Assembly: GCA_030390025.1 (NCBI GenBank)
Contig: CM059431.1
Location: forward strand, 140,556,001 to 140,620,000
From: Squalus acanthias
Lineage: Eukaryota
Reading direction: 5' to 3'
Length of the DNA stretch: 64,000 bases
The translations under genes and the position numbers were made by a program. Of the stretch, positions 47,845 to 61,939 are shown piece after piece; positions within the stretch are counted from its first letter, which is position 1; every line of letters begins with the position of its first letter. Under the pieces are notes generated by a model, which was not told where the DNA came from, did not search any database, and worked only from the letters and a program-made list of their open reading frames with translations.

Positions 47845-50800
47845 AATGGTAATGACCCAACTCTAACATTATTCGTGGTGCTACTAATATAATATATTAT
47901 ATAATATAATAACTGGTGTTGACTCTACACTAACAGTACTGGTGTTTACTCTACACTAACATTACTGCTGGTATCTAAAATTACTGGTGGTGTGCCTGCC
48001 CTGACATTACTGCTGGTGACGCTACTCTAACATTACTGCTGAGGATCCTACTCTAACATTACTGTTGGGGACGCTAATCTAACATTATTGGTGATGAATC
48101 AACTGTAACGTTACTGGTTGTGAATATGCACTAACATTACTCATTGTGACCCTATTCTAACATTACTGGTGCTGATTCTACTCTAACATTACTGGTGGTG
48201 ACCCTACTGCAACATTACTGGAGGCAAACCTAATCTAACCTTACTGATGGTGAACCTACTCTAACATTATTGGTGGTGACTCTACTCTAACATAACTGGT
48301 GGTGACTGTATTCTAACATTACTGATGGTGACCCTATACTAACATTACTGGTGATGACCCTAATCTAACATTACTGATGTAGACACTATGCTAAACGTAA
48401 TGGTGGCGACTACACACTAACATTACTCTTGATGAGCCTACTCTAAAATTGCTTAAGGTGACAATATTCTATCATTACTGGTCGTGATCCTACTCGGACA
48501 TTACTGGGGATGACCCTACTCTAACATTATTCGTGGTGTACCAAATATAACATTACAGCTAATGACTCTACTCTAACATTACTGCTAGTGACTCAATTCT
48601 AACATTTCTGGTGTTGTCGCTTCTCTAATTATACCGGTGGTGATCCTGCTCTGACATTACTGCTGGTGACACTATTCTAACATTACTGCTGGTGATCCTA
48701 CTCTAACATTGCTAGTGGTGACCCTACTCTAACATAACTGGTGGTCACTCTACTCTAACATTACTGGTGGTGACCATATCATCACTGGTGGTGACCCTAC
48801 TCGAACACTACTGGTGATGACCCTACCCTAATATTATTAGTGATGCACCTAATATAACATTACTGGTGGCCACACTACTACAACATCACTGGTGGTGACT
48901 CCACTCTAACATCACTGATGGTGACTCTACACTAACGTTACTGGTAGTCGACCTACACTACCATTATTGGTGATGACACTACTCTAACATTACTGATGGT
49001 GAACCTACTCTAACATTACTGGTGGTGACTCTGGTCTAAAATTACTGGTGCTGAACCTACTCTCACATTACTGGTGGTGATTCTACTCTAACATTACTGG
49101 TGATGACCCTAATCTAACATTACGGGTGGTAACCTTACTCTACCATTACTGGTTGCGAACGTAATCTAACCTTACTGGTGGTGACTCTACTGTAACATAC
49201 CTGGTGGTTGCGCTTCTCTAACATTACTGGTGGTGACTCTACTCTATGGTGATGACACCACTCTAACATGAATAAATAGGTGACTGTACACTAACATTAC
49301 TGGTGTTGATCCTATTCTGAAATTACTAGTGGCGACTCCAGTCCAACAGTACTGTTGATGAAACTACACTAAAATTGATGGTGGTGACTCTACTATAACA
49401 TTACTAGTTAGGTCGTTCTCTAATATTACTGGTGGCGATCCTGCTCTGACATTACTGCTCAGAACACTATTCTAACATTGCTACTGGTGATCCTACTCTA
49501 ACACTGCTGGTGGGGACGCTACTCTAACGTTAATGCTGGTGACTCTACTCTGACATTACTGACTGTAGTCCTACTCTAACATTATGGTGGTCACCCTCCT
49601 CTAACATTACCAGTGGTGACCCAACTCTAACATTACTGGTAGTGACTCTACCCTCTCATTATTGGTGGTGACTCTCCTTTAACATAACTTGTGGTGACTC
49701 TACTCTAACATTACTTGTGGTGACTCGACTCTAACATTACTGCTTTTGGCTCTTCTCTAACATTACTGGTGGTGACTCTACTCTAACATTACTGGTGGTG
49801 ATCCTACTCTAACATTACTGGTGGTGTTCCTACTCTAACATTACTGGTGGTGACTCTACTCTAACATTACTGGTTGTGATCCGACTCTAACATTACTGGT
49901 GGTGACTCTACTCTAACATTACTGGTGGTGACTCTACTCTAACATTACTGGTGGTGACTCTACTCTAACATTACTGGTGGTGATCCTATTCTAACATTAC
50001 TGGTGGTGATCCTACTCTCACATTACTGGTGGTGACTCTACTCTAACATTACTGGTGGTGATCCGACTCTAACATTATTGGTGGTGACTCTACTCTAACA
50101 TTACTGGTGGTGATCTTACTCTAACATTGCTGTTGGTGATTCTACTCTAATATTAATGATGGCGATCCTACTCGAGCATTACAGTTGGTGGTGACTCTAA
50201 TCTAACATTACTGGTGTTGTCTCTGTACTAACAGTTATGGTGGTGACTCTATTGTAACATTACTGGTGGTGACCCTATACTAACATTACTGGTGATGACC
50301 CTAATCTAACATTACTGATGTAGACACTATGCTAAACGTAATGGTGGCGACTACACACTAACATTACTCTTGATGAGCCTACTCTAAAATTGCTTAAGGT
50401 GACAATATTCTATCATTACTGGTCGTGATGCTACTCGGACATTACTGGGGATGACCCTACTCTAACATTATTCGTGGTGTACCAAATATAACATTACAGC
50501 TAATGACTCTACTCTAACATTACTGCTAGTGACTCAATTCTAACATTTCTGGTGTTGTCGCTTCTCTAATTATACCGGTGGTGATCCTGCTCTGACATTA
50601 CTGCTGGTGACACTATTCTAACATTACTGCTGGTGATCCTACTCTAACATTGCTAGTGGTGACCCTACTCTAACATAACTGGTGGTCACTCTACTCTAAC
50701 ATTACTGGTGGTGACCATATCATCACTGGTGGTGACCCTACTCGAACACTACTGGTGATGACCCTACCCTAATATTATTAGTGATGCACCTAATATAACA

Positions 50801-53440
50801 TTACTGGTGGCCACACTACTACAACATCACTGGTGGTGACTCCACTCTAACATCACTGATGGTGACTCTACACTAACGTTACTGGTAGTCGACCTACACT
50901 ACCATTATTGGTGATGACACTACTCTAACATTACTGATGGTGAACCTACTCTAACATTACTGGTGGTGACTCTGGTCTAAAATTACTGGTGCTGAACCTA
51001 CTCTCACATTACTGGTGGTGATTCTACTCTAACATTACTGGTGATGACCCTAATCTAACATTACGGGTGGTAACCTTACTCTACCATTACTGGTTGCGAA
51101 CGTAATCTAACCTTACTGGTGGTGACTCTACTGTAACATACCTGGTGGTTGCGCTTCTCTAACATTACTGGTGGTGACTCTACTCTATGGTGATGACACC
51201 ACTCTAACATGAATAAATAGGTGACTGTACACTAACATTACTGGTGTTGATCCTATTCTGAAATTACTAGTGGCGACTCCAGTCCAACAGTACTGTTGAT
51301 GAAACTACACTAAAATTGATGGTGGTGACTCTACTATAACATTACTAGTTAGGTCGTTCTCTAATATTACTGGTGGCGATCCTGCTCTGACATTACTGCT
51401 CAGAACACTATTCTAACATTGCTACTGGTGATCCTACTCTAACACTGCTGGTGGGGACGCTACTCTAACGTTAATGCTGGTGACTCTACTCTGACATTAC
51501 TGACTGTAGTCCTACTCTAACATTATGGTGGTCACCCTCCTCTAACATTACCAGTGGTGACCCAACTCTAACATTACTGGTAGTGACTCTACCCTCTCAT
51601 TATTGGTGGTGACTCTCCTTTAACATAACTTGTGGTGACTCTACTCTAACATTACTTGTGGTGACTCGACTCTAACATTACTGCTTTTGGCTCTTCTCTA
51701 ACATTACTGGTGGTGACTCTACTCTAACATTACTGGTGGTGATCCTACTCTAACATTACTGGTGGTGTTCCTACTCTAACATTACTGGTGGTGACTCTAC
51801 TCTAACATTACTGGTTGTGATCCGACTCTAACATTACTGGTGGTGACTCTACTCTAACATTACTGGTGGTGACTCTACTCTAACATTACTGGTGGTGACT
51901 CTACTCTAACATTACTGGTGGTGATCCTACTCTAACATTACTGGTGGTGATCCTACTCTCACATTACTGGTGGTGACTCTACTCTAACATTACTGGTGGT
52001 GATCCGACTCTAACATTATTGGTGGTGACTCTACTCTAACATTACTGGTGGTGATCTTACTCTAACATTGCTGTTGGTGATTCTACTCTAATATTAATGA
52101 TGGCGATCCTACTCGAGCATTACAGTTGGTGGTGACTCTAATCTAACATTACTGGTGTTGTCTCTGTACTAACAGTTATGGTGGTGACTCTATTGTAACA
52201 TTACTGGTGGTGACTCTACTCTAACATTACTGGTGGTGATCCTACTCTAACATTATTGGTGGTGACTCTACTCTAACATTACTGGTGGTTATCTTACTCT
52301 AACATTGCTGTTGGTGATTCTACTCTAATATTAATGATGGCGATCCTACTCGAGCATTACATTTGGTGGTGACTCTAAACTAACATTACTGGTGTTGTCT
52401 CTGTACTAACAGTTATGGTGGTGACTCTATTGTAACATTACTGGTGGTGACCCCGCTCTTACATTAGTGGTGGTGAATCTACTGTAATTTTACTGATATT
52501 GACCCTACTGAATCATTAATTGTACCTGTGCTACTGTAATTTTATTCTTGATGATGCTACACTAAATTACTGGTGTTGACCCTTCTCCAACGTTACTCGT
52601 GGTGACTCTACACTAACATTACATGTTGTTGACCTTACTCAATCATTACTGGTGGTGACTCTACTCTAACATAACTGATGCTGACCCTACTCTAACATTA
52701 ATAAAGCTGTGACTGAACACTAACATTAAAGATTTTGAATCTATTCTAACATTATTGGTGGTGACACTACTCTAACATTAGTGGTGGTGACCCGACTCTA
52801 ACGTTAGTGGTGTTGCCTCTATTCTAACGTTACTATTGGCGACTCTACTCTAACATTACTGCTGATGACCCGACAGTAAAATTGCTGATGTTGACCCAAC
52901 ATTACTGGTGGTGATCCTACTCTGACATTACTGGTGGTGATCCTACTCTGACATTACTGGTGGTGATCCTACTCTAACATTACTGGTGGTGAATTTACTC
53001 TAACATTACTGGTGGTGATCCTACTCTAACATTACTGGTGGTGATCCTATTCTGACATTACTGGTGGTGAATTTACTCTAACATTACTGGTGGTGATCCT
53101 ACTCTAACATTACTTGTGGTGACCCCGCTCTTACATTAGTGATGATGAATCTACTCTAATTTTGCTGCTATTGACCCGACTGAAGCGCTAATGGTACCAG
53201 CGCTACATTAACGTTACTCTTGATGATCCTACTCTAACATTACTGGTGCTGACCCTTCGCTAACATTACTGGTGGTGAACATACTATAATATTACTCTTG
53301 GTGAGCCTACTCTAACATTATTGGTGCTGCACCTTATCTAATATACTTGTGTCAACCCTAATTTAGCATTACTGGTGACGCTCCTCTCCAGCATTAATGG
53401 TGATGTCCATACACTAAAATTCTGGTATAGATCCGATTCC
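47845..53440. repeat. 26-bp satellite array (~5.6 kb) with a higher-order duplication
   Basis: Unit CTCTAACATTACTGGTGGTGACTCTA, homogeneous in the core and degenerate at the edges. Confidence 0.97.
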
Positions 53441-53811
53441 AACATTCCTTTGTGAAAAGTGCTGACTCCCAGGTTTCTGTACTGGGGCCTCACATTTTCA
53501 CCATATTTATTAATGACTTCAATGAAAGAATAGAACGCCATGTATCCAAGTTTGAAAATGACACTAAGTTAGGTTGAAGCGTAAGTAGTGCCACTAAGAT
53601 CGAGAAATTACAAAGAGACATAGAAAGATTAAATGAGTTAGCAAAACTATATCAAATGGTGTTAAATGTCGGCAAGTGTGAATCATCCACAATAAACCAA
53701 GAAAGATAACTCGGAGTATATTCTAAAGGCTATTAAGCTAGAAACTGTAGTGAAGCATGGGATTCAGAATTTCAAGTTCTTAAATCATTGAAAACAAGTA
53801 CATCAGATCAA

Positions 53812-55214
53812 AAGAAACAGGAGCAGGAGTAGGCCATTTGGCCCTTCAAGCATGCTCCGCCATTCAATAAGATCATAGCTGATTTTGTATCTCATCTGCA
53901 CTTACAAGTACTATCCCTATATCCCTTGATTCCCTTAATATTCAAAAATCTATCGATCACTGTCTTGAATATACTCAACGACTGAGCCTCCACAACCCTC
54001 TTGGGTAGAGAATTCCAGAGATTCATATCCTCTGAGTGAAGAAATTTCTCCTCATCTCAGTCCTAAATGGCCGATCCCTTATTCTGAGACGGTGACCCAT
54101 GGTTCTAGACTCCCCAGCCAGGGGAAACATCCTCCCTGCATCTACACTGTCAAGTCCTGTAAGAATGTTGTTTATTTCAATGAGCTCACCCTTCATTCTT
54201 CTAAACTCTGGAGAATATAGGTCTAGTGTATTCAATCTGTCCTCATAGGACAATCCCCTCAATCCAGGAACCAGTCTGGTGAACCTTCCTTGCACTCCCT
54301 CTATGGCAAATATATCCTTCCTCAGGTAAGGAGGCCAAAACTGTACACAATACTCCAGGTGTGGTCTCACCAGGGCCCAATATATTTGTAGTAAGACGTT
54401 TTTATTCTTATACTCAAATCCTCTTTTAATACCATTTGCTTTCCTAATTGCTTGCTGAACCTGCATGTTAACTTTAAGTGATGCGTCTACAAGGACACCC
54501 AGCTCCCTCTGAACACCAACATTTCCCAATCTCTCACCATTTTAAAAATACTCTGCTTTTCTATTTTGCCTACCAAAGTGGATAACATCACATTTTTCCA
54601 CATTTTATTCGATTTGCCATGATCTTGCCCATTCACATACACTGTCTATATCCCCTTGAAGCCTCCTTGCATCCTCCTCACAACTTACATTCCCACCCAA
54701 CTTTGTATCATCAGCAAACTTGGATATGTTACATTTGGTCCCCTCATCCACATCATTGAAGTAGATTGTGAATAGCTGAGGCCCAAGCACTGATGCTTGC
54801 GGTACCCCACTAGTTACAGCCCGCCAACACGAAAATGACCCGTTTATTCTTACTCTCTGTTTTCTGTCCGTTAACCAATCCTCAATCCATGCTAGTATAT
54901 ACCCCCAGTCCCAAGAGCCCTAATTTTGTTGAATAACCTCTTGTGTGGCACGTTATCGAATGCCTTCTGAAAATTCACATAAACCACATCCACTGGTTCC
55001 CAAATATCTATTCTGTTAGTTACAAACTCAAAAAATTCTAACAGGTTTGTCAAACACGATTTCCCTTTCAAAAATCCGTGTTGACTCTGCCCAATCCTAT
55101 TGTTATTTTCTAAGTGCCCTGTTACCACGCCCTTAATAGTAGATTCTAGCATTTTCCCTACTACTGATGTCAGTCTAACTGCTCTGTAGTTCCCCGTTTT
55201 CTCTCTCCCTCCTT
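53812..55214 (-). mobile_element. 5'-truncated CR1 LINE inserted in an older + strand CR1 fragment
   Basis: QHGFLKGKSCLTNLLEFFE, LGPQLF..KFADDTKL, LVRPHLEYCVQFWPP. The flanks (53450-53810, 55215-55730) are degenerate + strand CR1. Confidence 0.92.
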
Positions 55215-55856
55215 ACTAGGCATAAACAAAAGACAATGGAAAAAGCAAATTTAGTATTGGCCTATTTCATCAGGGTGCTGGAATGCGACGGAGGTGATGC
55301 TTCAGTTGTTCGGAGCCTCGATCATTCCCAGTACGTCATTCACATTTGGGCAGCTTTCCCCAGGAAGGTATACTGGCGTTGCAGAGGGTCCCGCAGAGGG
55401 TCCCGCACAGATTCAACGGAGCTTGGCGGGTTACATTATGAGGACACCTCGCGGATACCAGGTTCTTATTCCATTGAGTATAGAAGATTGATTGGTAATC
55501 TGATCACGGTGTTCAAATCTAAAAGTGATTTGATACGGCAGATGTCCGGAGAAACTATTTGCTCTGGCGGCCGAATCAAAAGCAGTGGGAAATAATTTTA
55601 AAATGAGATCTAGGCGATTCTGTAGCGATGTCGTGCAGCACTTTTTCACACAAAGGGTGGCTAGGAATCTGGAACTCAGTCCTCAAAAAGACCGTGGAAG
55701 CTGGGACACTTGGAGCTTTCAAGACTGAGAAAGAACCAGGTTGCCTTGCAAAGTTTGGAAATATATTAATCTGTTTTGTTGATACGGCAGGAAATATCAT
55801 CGTGAATTGCTCGTGCATTGTGCGGCTGCATGAAAATGGGATTTGAGAAAAAGCAT

Positions 55857-55928
55857 TGCCGGGACAGGGATTTGGAACCTAGACATCTGACTAAAAGTCT
55901 AATGCTCTGCCGACTGAGCTGCCGAGGA
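55857..55928 (-). pseudogene. tRNA-Lys(UUU)-derived pseudogene
   Basis: Minus strand TCCTCGGCAGCTCAGTCGGCAGAGCATTAGACTTTTAGTCAGATGTCTAGGTTCCAAATCCCTGTCCCGGCA. D arm and CTTTTA anticodon loop match vertebrate tRNA-Lys-TTT. The acceptor stem mispairs and the B box is damaged. A T5 run follows downstream. Confidence 0.85.
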
Positions 55929-57464
55929 TTTGCTTTGCGGGGTTATCACAGCGAACTTCCCTGGCTGATATTGATGATACACCCTGCACATTTTGCAATT
56001 CCTCCTGTCGTAACGCCGCCTATCCGCAGCATTTCACTCACACACTGCCTCCCACAGTATTAGCTTCACAAACACTCTCCCTCCCTCCTCCCACACTCTC
56101 ATTAACAGCCGCGTCTGATCTGACAAGCGCTGTTTCCCAGAGATCTGCAGCGGGGCCTCAAATTCATTTTATTAATGACTTGGATGAAGCAATACTAAGC
56201 TGCCTAATTAAGTTTGAAGATGATACTCAGTTCGGAAGGAGGGTAATTCTTTGTAAAGAGCGCGGGAAGTTTCTGAGGGACTGAGACAGATCAAGTTAGT
56301 TGGGAAAACTATATTAACAGGAGCTTGGTTTCGGAAAATGTGAAGTCCATCACTTTGGAACCAAGAATTATAAATCGGAGAATTTTCTAAAAGGTGCAAA
56401 GCCAGCAAAGGGAAGCAGCGTTTGGAAATCTGAGTTCTTAATCTTTTAAAGCTAATGGACATAAAGAGGAAACAATGAAAACAGCTAATGGAATGTCTTA
56501 CTTTTTCTCAAGGGTGCTGGAATACAATGATTGTTATTTTTCAGTTGAATAGCAGCTTGCAAAGTCCCATCGGGAGTACTGCATTCACTTTCAAGCACCA
56601 CATCTCATGAAGGATATATTGGCTTTGGAGGGGTTGCAGCACAGATTCACCAGAATGATACCGAAATCAAAAAGAGGTGAAATAATCTTAAAATTTGATC
56701 GAGGCCATTAAGGAGCGAATTCATGAAGCACATCTTCACACAAAGGGTTGTTGGAAATCTGGATCTCAGTCCTCAAGAAGACTGTGGAAGCTTGGGAAAC
56801 TTTGAACTTTCAAGACTGAGAAGGATCAGGCTTTCCTGCAAAATTTCGAAAACAGTTTTTTTGAGACAGCAGGAAATATCATCGTGAATTGCTCGTGTTT
56901 CAAGTGTCCAATTTCACTTTCCTCAAGAGCGCTCGGGTCCAATGGGGAGAAAGTTATGCTTCCGATGTATAGAACATTGAATAGTCCCATCGGGAGTGCT
57001 GCGTTCAGTTTTGGCCATCGGAATAAGTGACTGGGGAAAACTAGGTCAATTGGAGTTCAATGTGAGCTAGTGTGAAGTCATCCACTTTGGAATCAAGAAA
57101 GCTCTGCCGTCAGAAGCTCTGTCATGGAACAAGTCTCAAAGGGGTGACCTCAGGCACATAAGAGGTCGAATATCCGCGAGGCTCACTCGACCGTCCGCGA
57201 TAGCTTTGACGGATGGCCCACAGAAATCTTGGGTGTAAATGCCTTGAACATATACGGCGGACGACCAGGAAAACCTCCTGAAAATTCACCCCGAAGTGTT
57301 CGTATTATGATCTGAGCGCAGGGCAGTGGCAAAACTTCACACAAGTCAGTGCAACATTGTGGCGATGCGAGTGGATTAGTGCCTAACTTACACGCCTTCC
57401 TCCTCCTTTTAAATATCGATGCCATCCTATTTAATATCGTCAATATTAATTGTTAATGGAACGA

Positions 57465-57680
57465 AAGATTTGCATTTATATAGCGCCTGTCACGAGCACC
57501 GGACGAACCAAAGCACTTTACAGCCAATTAAGTACTTTTTGAAGTGTAGTCACTGTTGTAATGTAGGGAATGCGGGAGCCAGTTTGCCCCCAACAAGCTC
57601 CCACAAAGAGCAATATGATAATGACCAGATAATCTGTTTTTAGTGATTTTGACTGAGTGATAAATATTGGCCATGAGACA
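57465..57680 (-). mobile_element. Deu-domain SINE fragment (SacSINE1-like)
   Basis: + strand TTGCATTTATATAGCGCC...AATGACCAGATAATCTGTTTT...GATAAATATTGGCCA resembles the reverse complement of a DeuSINE core and L2-type tail; matched from memory. Confidence 0.6.
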
Positions 57681-57790
57681 ATATTGATTGTTCGTCATGT
57701 AAATCGGAGATCTCATTCTGTGAAGGTGATCAGGGTGGATATTGTGTCACTGGAAAAGAGAAGATTGAGAGGAGATATGAATCCTGCTTT

Positions 57791-58958
57791 TGTAAGGGGT
57801 ATCTTAAGTGAGCGGTTCGAATCGCTCCAACACCCCTCCGGTTCCTATACTTTGGGCTTATTTAGGGGTTGTGAACAAAATTGCAGTAAACAGGTTCTGA
57901 TGAAAGAATTTTACTTTATTAAAAGAAAAAGGTAACAAACTTGAAACACACTTATTACTTAAACACAGATTCGGGGAACACAAGGTACAAGCGAGGGAAA
58001 TGACAATATATCAAACAAAACCTTATCTCTCCCAAAGATCCCACTATCTGGCTAGGTTTTTGGTTTCAGGAGATCAGGGATAATGCTCATCAACGAATCC
58101 TTGACAGGATATTAGAGTCTTTTGTTTAAAAGGACTCCGTAAGGCCCTTGTTGCTGCGAGGTGTCTGATGGCCACTGCGGCAGTCGATCTGGTTTCTTCT
58201 TGCGTGCTGGCCTTCTGGCCTTCTTCCTCGTGGCCTGTGGTAAGTTTTGCTGGAGCAGGGAGAGAGCTGTGTCCACGTCGTCAGTCAGTCCGAAAGAGAG
58301 AGAAATTATGGCACAGGCTCTCAAATTATACTGTTTCTTTTTCACGCCCAAGAACCCCTTACTAAAACGAATTCCTTTTTGATTGTAAATGACCCTTGCT
58401 TAGTCCAATTGTCTAGTTTTTGGCGGGCTTGCCAGTTCAGATGGTTTTTGCTTAGTGTTGATCGTTTTCCGATTTATAACACTGCCTTATCTACGCGCCA
58501 AATCTCCACCCTATTGTCCTTCTGTTGGCGGGCTTTTAAATCTGTTCTCTGGATACCTGGTTGATTGTTTTTTTTGATGGGATAATGGCTATGAAACTGT
58601 GTGATCGAAGTTATATTGTCATTGAATCGTTTTTAGATTTCCAGCATCTTGCTTGCCCCTGGGGATCCATATTTGAATGTGTTTGTGAGTTTTGCTTTGT
58701 CTCAAACAATTCCCAGACAGCTTGATCTGTTCACTGACTGGCCACGCCCCTCGCAGCTGGTGTCTGTGAAAAGATGTCTCTCACAACAATGAGATTTAAA
58801 AAAAATCAGTTTCCTCAGGTTTTTCTTCTCTGATCTTTAGGTTTTTACATCAAATCACTTCACTTAGGCCCCATCATTCCAAGTTTGTATGAAAAGTCCA
58901 AAAAATCACTCCCTTTAGGGCTCTGTTCGAGTTTCTGGGAGATTTTGCGAAGCCTACA
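57791..58958. mobile_element. Solo LTR (1,168 bp) inserted in a CR1 fragment
   Basis: Begins TGTA, ends TACA, with a 4-bp CTTT duplication on both sides. The flanks rejoin to CR1 LEKRRLRGDMNPAF/RVLMGLDKVD. Confidence 0.8.
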
Positions 58959-60479
58959 CTTTTAGGGTCCTAATGGGACTAGATAAAGTTGACCATGAAA
59001 AACCAGTTCACCTTGTGCAAGGCAGTAGAGCCAAAGGATATGACCTGCACTTGAAGGGGTTAAATTCAAAACTAATCTGCCTAATCAACATTTCAGTGAG
59101 CGAGTGGTTAATCTATTCAACAGGCTCCAGAGGGAGACGGAGGGAGTAATTAGTATTGATATATTGAATAAAATTAGATAGATTTCTTTCATAATATCAA
59201 ACTTTGGGATAGTGTATATGGGTAATTTTAGACATGATATGTGGTAGGTGTAGCATGCTTGGGAGAAACAGGTAATATTTTGAAACTATGATACACAAAG
59301 CTCTCTACCACTGAGCGTTTTCCTCACCTCATGTCTGGGTCTGTTGTAGACTAATTAATAAAGATCGATTGCAATTACCAGTCAACAACTCCATTATCGC
59401 GGTCTCATGTGAATCCCAGGATGGTGGAAGGCGAACTCGATGGCCCTAAATATTTACTCGGCTAATAATTCCTTCGTAAAGTAGCCACCTTGATCACCTT
59501 CACTGCAACCGGGATACTAACATGATGTTGAGGTATTGTATATAAAGTTCAGGCAGAGTAGGGACATTTTTACCTTCTCTCTGATGCATGTGCTCCTTGA
59601 CTAGTCACCCATGATTACTGGCGATGACTCAGAAAGAATCAAATTCATGAGCTCACAATTCAAATGCTTCATATTTTTCACTTTTAAGTCGACGTTTGAA
59701 AAATTTAGGGATCCTATTCAACGCTAACCTCCCGAGTACTTCCTTGACATCGATATATAATTATTATCAGAAAAGTGTAGCGGCCTTGATTAGATTCACA
59801 CCCTTATGCGTTTGAACAATGGTGGGTGGGAACATCTCTCTGCCTTGTCCCATTCAGCAGTGAAATATTAATGAATCAACACCCTCGCCAGCTAACTTGA
59901 CCTTGCTAACAAGTCCAAACTGTCATGTTAAGAACAATTGGAGAATAATTACTCAATGGAAACAATCCATCAATCGACAGAAATGGGCTTTATTTTTCCG
60001 CATTACTTTTTTAAAGCATGTGGACAGAATAAATAACTGAGATAAAAATGTATGAAATTATCTTTCCTTTATCTTACATGTTAGCATCATCGTGCACGTG
60101 GTAGGATAGTTTCCTCTGATTGCTATTACTAATAAAATCATGAAAGCCTGCTTTCAAAACGTTTTTATACGTATTGCTTGAATCAGGGAATTTAGAAATT
60201 CCTCCTTCCGTGTTTATAATGTCAGTAACGACCAGCAGACATCCATATACTGCATTATATTCTAAAGCATTAATGTGACTTGAGAATAGTTGTAATGTAT
60301 ATCTAACAATGTTTAAATTGCTCTTGATGCAGCGTTACTACAATTACAGAATCGCATTCAACTAGAATGGCAAGTTATAGCAGTGTGGAGCGCAGCACCA
60401 TCAGGAGAGGACAGTTCAACTACTTTCCGGATCTTCACAGAGTTTGATGTCTGTACTCGCCCAAGGCTTTCTCCAGAAT

Positions 60480-60875
60480 ACAGAAGGCCGAGGCGTGACC
60501 TGATAAGAGTCTTTAAGATTGTGAAAGGTTCGATAGAGTAGATGGAGAGAAAATGTTTTCACTTATCGGATAGTCCATAACTAGGAGCCATCAATATAAG
60601 ATAGTCACAAATAAATCCAATAGGGAATTCAGGAGCAACTTATTTGCCCAGAGTTTGGTTAGAATGTGGAACTTGCTACAACATGGTGTATTTGAGGCAA
60701 TTAGTATGCATGCATTTTAGGGGAAGCTGTATAAGCACAAGAGAAAGAAAGAATAAAAGGATATGCAGGTAGTCTTAAATGAAGAGGGGTTGGAAGAGGC
60801 TCGTCTGGAGCATAAATGCCGACACCGGCCAGTTAGGCCGAGTGGGTTCTTTCTGTGCTATAAACTCTATATAAC
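60480..60875 (+). mobile_element. CR1 LINE 3' fragment
   Basis: cagaaggccgaggcgtgacctgataagagtc (RR.RGDLI-like), agaatgtggaacttgctac, and a ggccgagtgg...ctctat tail. Confidence 0.75.
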
Positions 60876-61014
60876 TCCATGTCACTAAACCAGATGGACA
60901 GCGAACTGTTCAATGAACACAGTCCGCTGCTCCGACTCTCGGACTCCCATGTGCTGCTCAGCTTCAAATTCTCCCTGGAAGCAAATTGAAATGTTGTCTG
61001 AGGCTCAGCATTGA

Positions 61015-61590
61015 AATATTAACGTGCCTTTTCAATGCTCTCCTGGCCAACATCCCATCTTGCAATCTCCGTAAAATTGCTTTCATCCAAAACTCTGTTA
61101 TCCGTATCATAACGCGCACGAAGTCCCGTTCGCTCATCACCCCTGTGCTCGCTCACCTATATTGGCTCCCGGTCAGGCAACACATCGATTTTAAAATTCT
61201 CAACAATTTTTTTCAAATGCCTCCATGGCCCTATCTCAGTTACCTCCTCTAGTCCTGCAACTCTCCGAGACCTCTGCACTCGACCAATTCCGGCCTCTTG
61301 CGCATCCCTGATTCCAATCGCTCCACCATTGGCATTCGTTCCTTCAGCTGCCGAGGTCCTCAGCTCTCGAATTCCCTCCCTAAACCTCTCCGCTCTCTAA
61401 TTCTCTGTTTCTGTCTTTAAAACACTCCTTAAAACCTACCTATTTTACCAAGCTTTTGATCATCTGTCCTATTATCTCATTATGTGTCTTGGTGTTAAAT
61501 TCTGATCTGATGACGATCCTGTGGATTCCTTGGACGTTTCATTACATTAAAGTCGCTGCTTAAATTCCTATTTGTTATTGTTGTTGTGTC
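61015..61590 (+). mobile_element. L2-clade LINE 3' fragment
   Basis: IQNSVIRIITRTKSRSLITPVLAHLYWLPVRQHIDFKIL is the typical L2 ORF2 C-terminus; ends in (TTG)n. Confidence 0.8.
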
Positions 61591-61939
61591 TGTGTATCCA
61601 CAGATGCTGAATGTTTGTAGCAATTCTGGTTTAACTTCACAATTATGGCAATAGATTTTTTTTTCTCTTTTGTCTTCCTATTGCAACATTAATTATTTAG
61701 AAACCCATTCTAAAAAAATGGCAAATAATCTACTGAATGACATTTCTTTTACTGCCAGGAAGACAATGCACGCCATCGTTAAACGGTGATATTTTATTTT
61801 AATATAGTTTATCATGTTGTATTTCAAAACTGAAACTTTGGTTATATAAGGAGAAACTAATAGTTTATTTCAAATACATATCGACCTATAAATCAGACTC
61901 TGAAAATCCGAAAACGCCCAATCCATTCAGGGTATTGTG

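Noticed and set aside
47845..53440. CRISPR-like array
   Set aside because: Head-to-tail 26-bp monomers with no unique spacers, no cas genes and a vertebrate context. The same applies to the other minisatellites.
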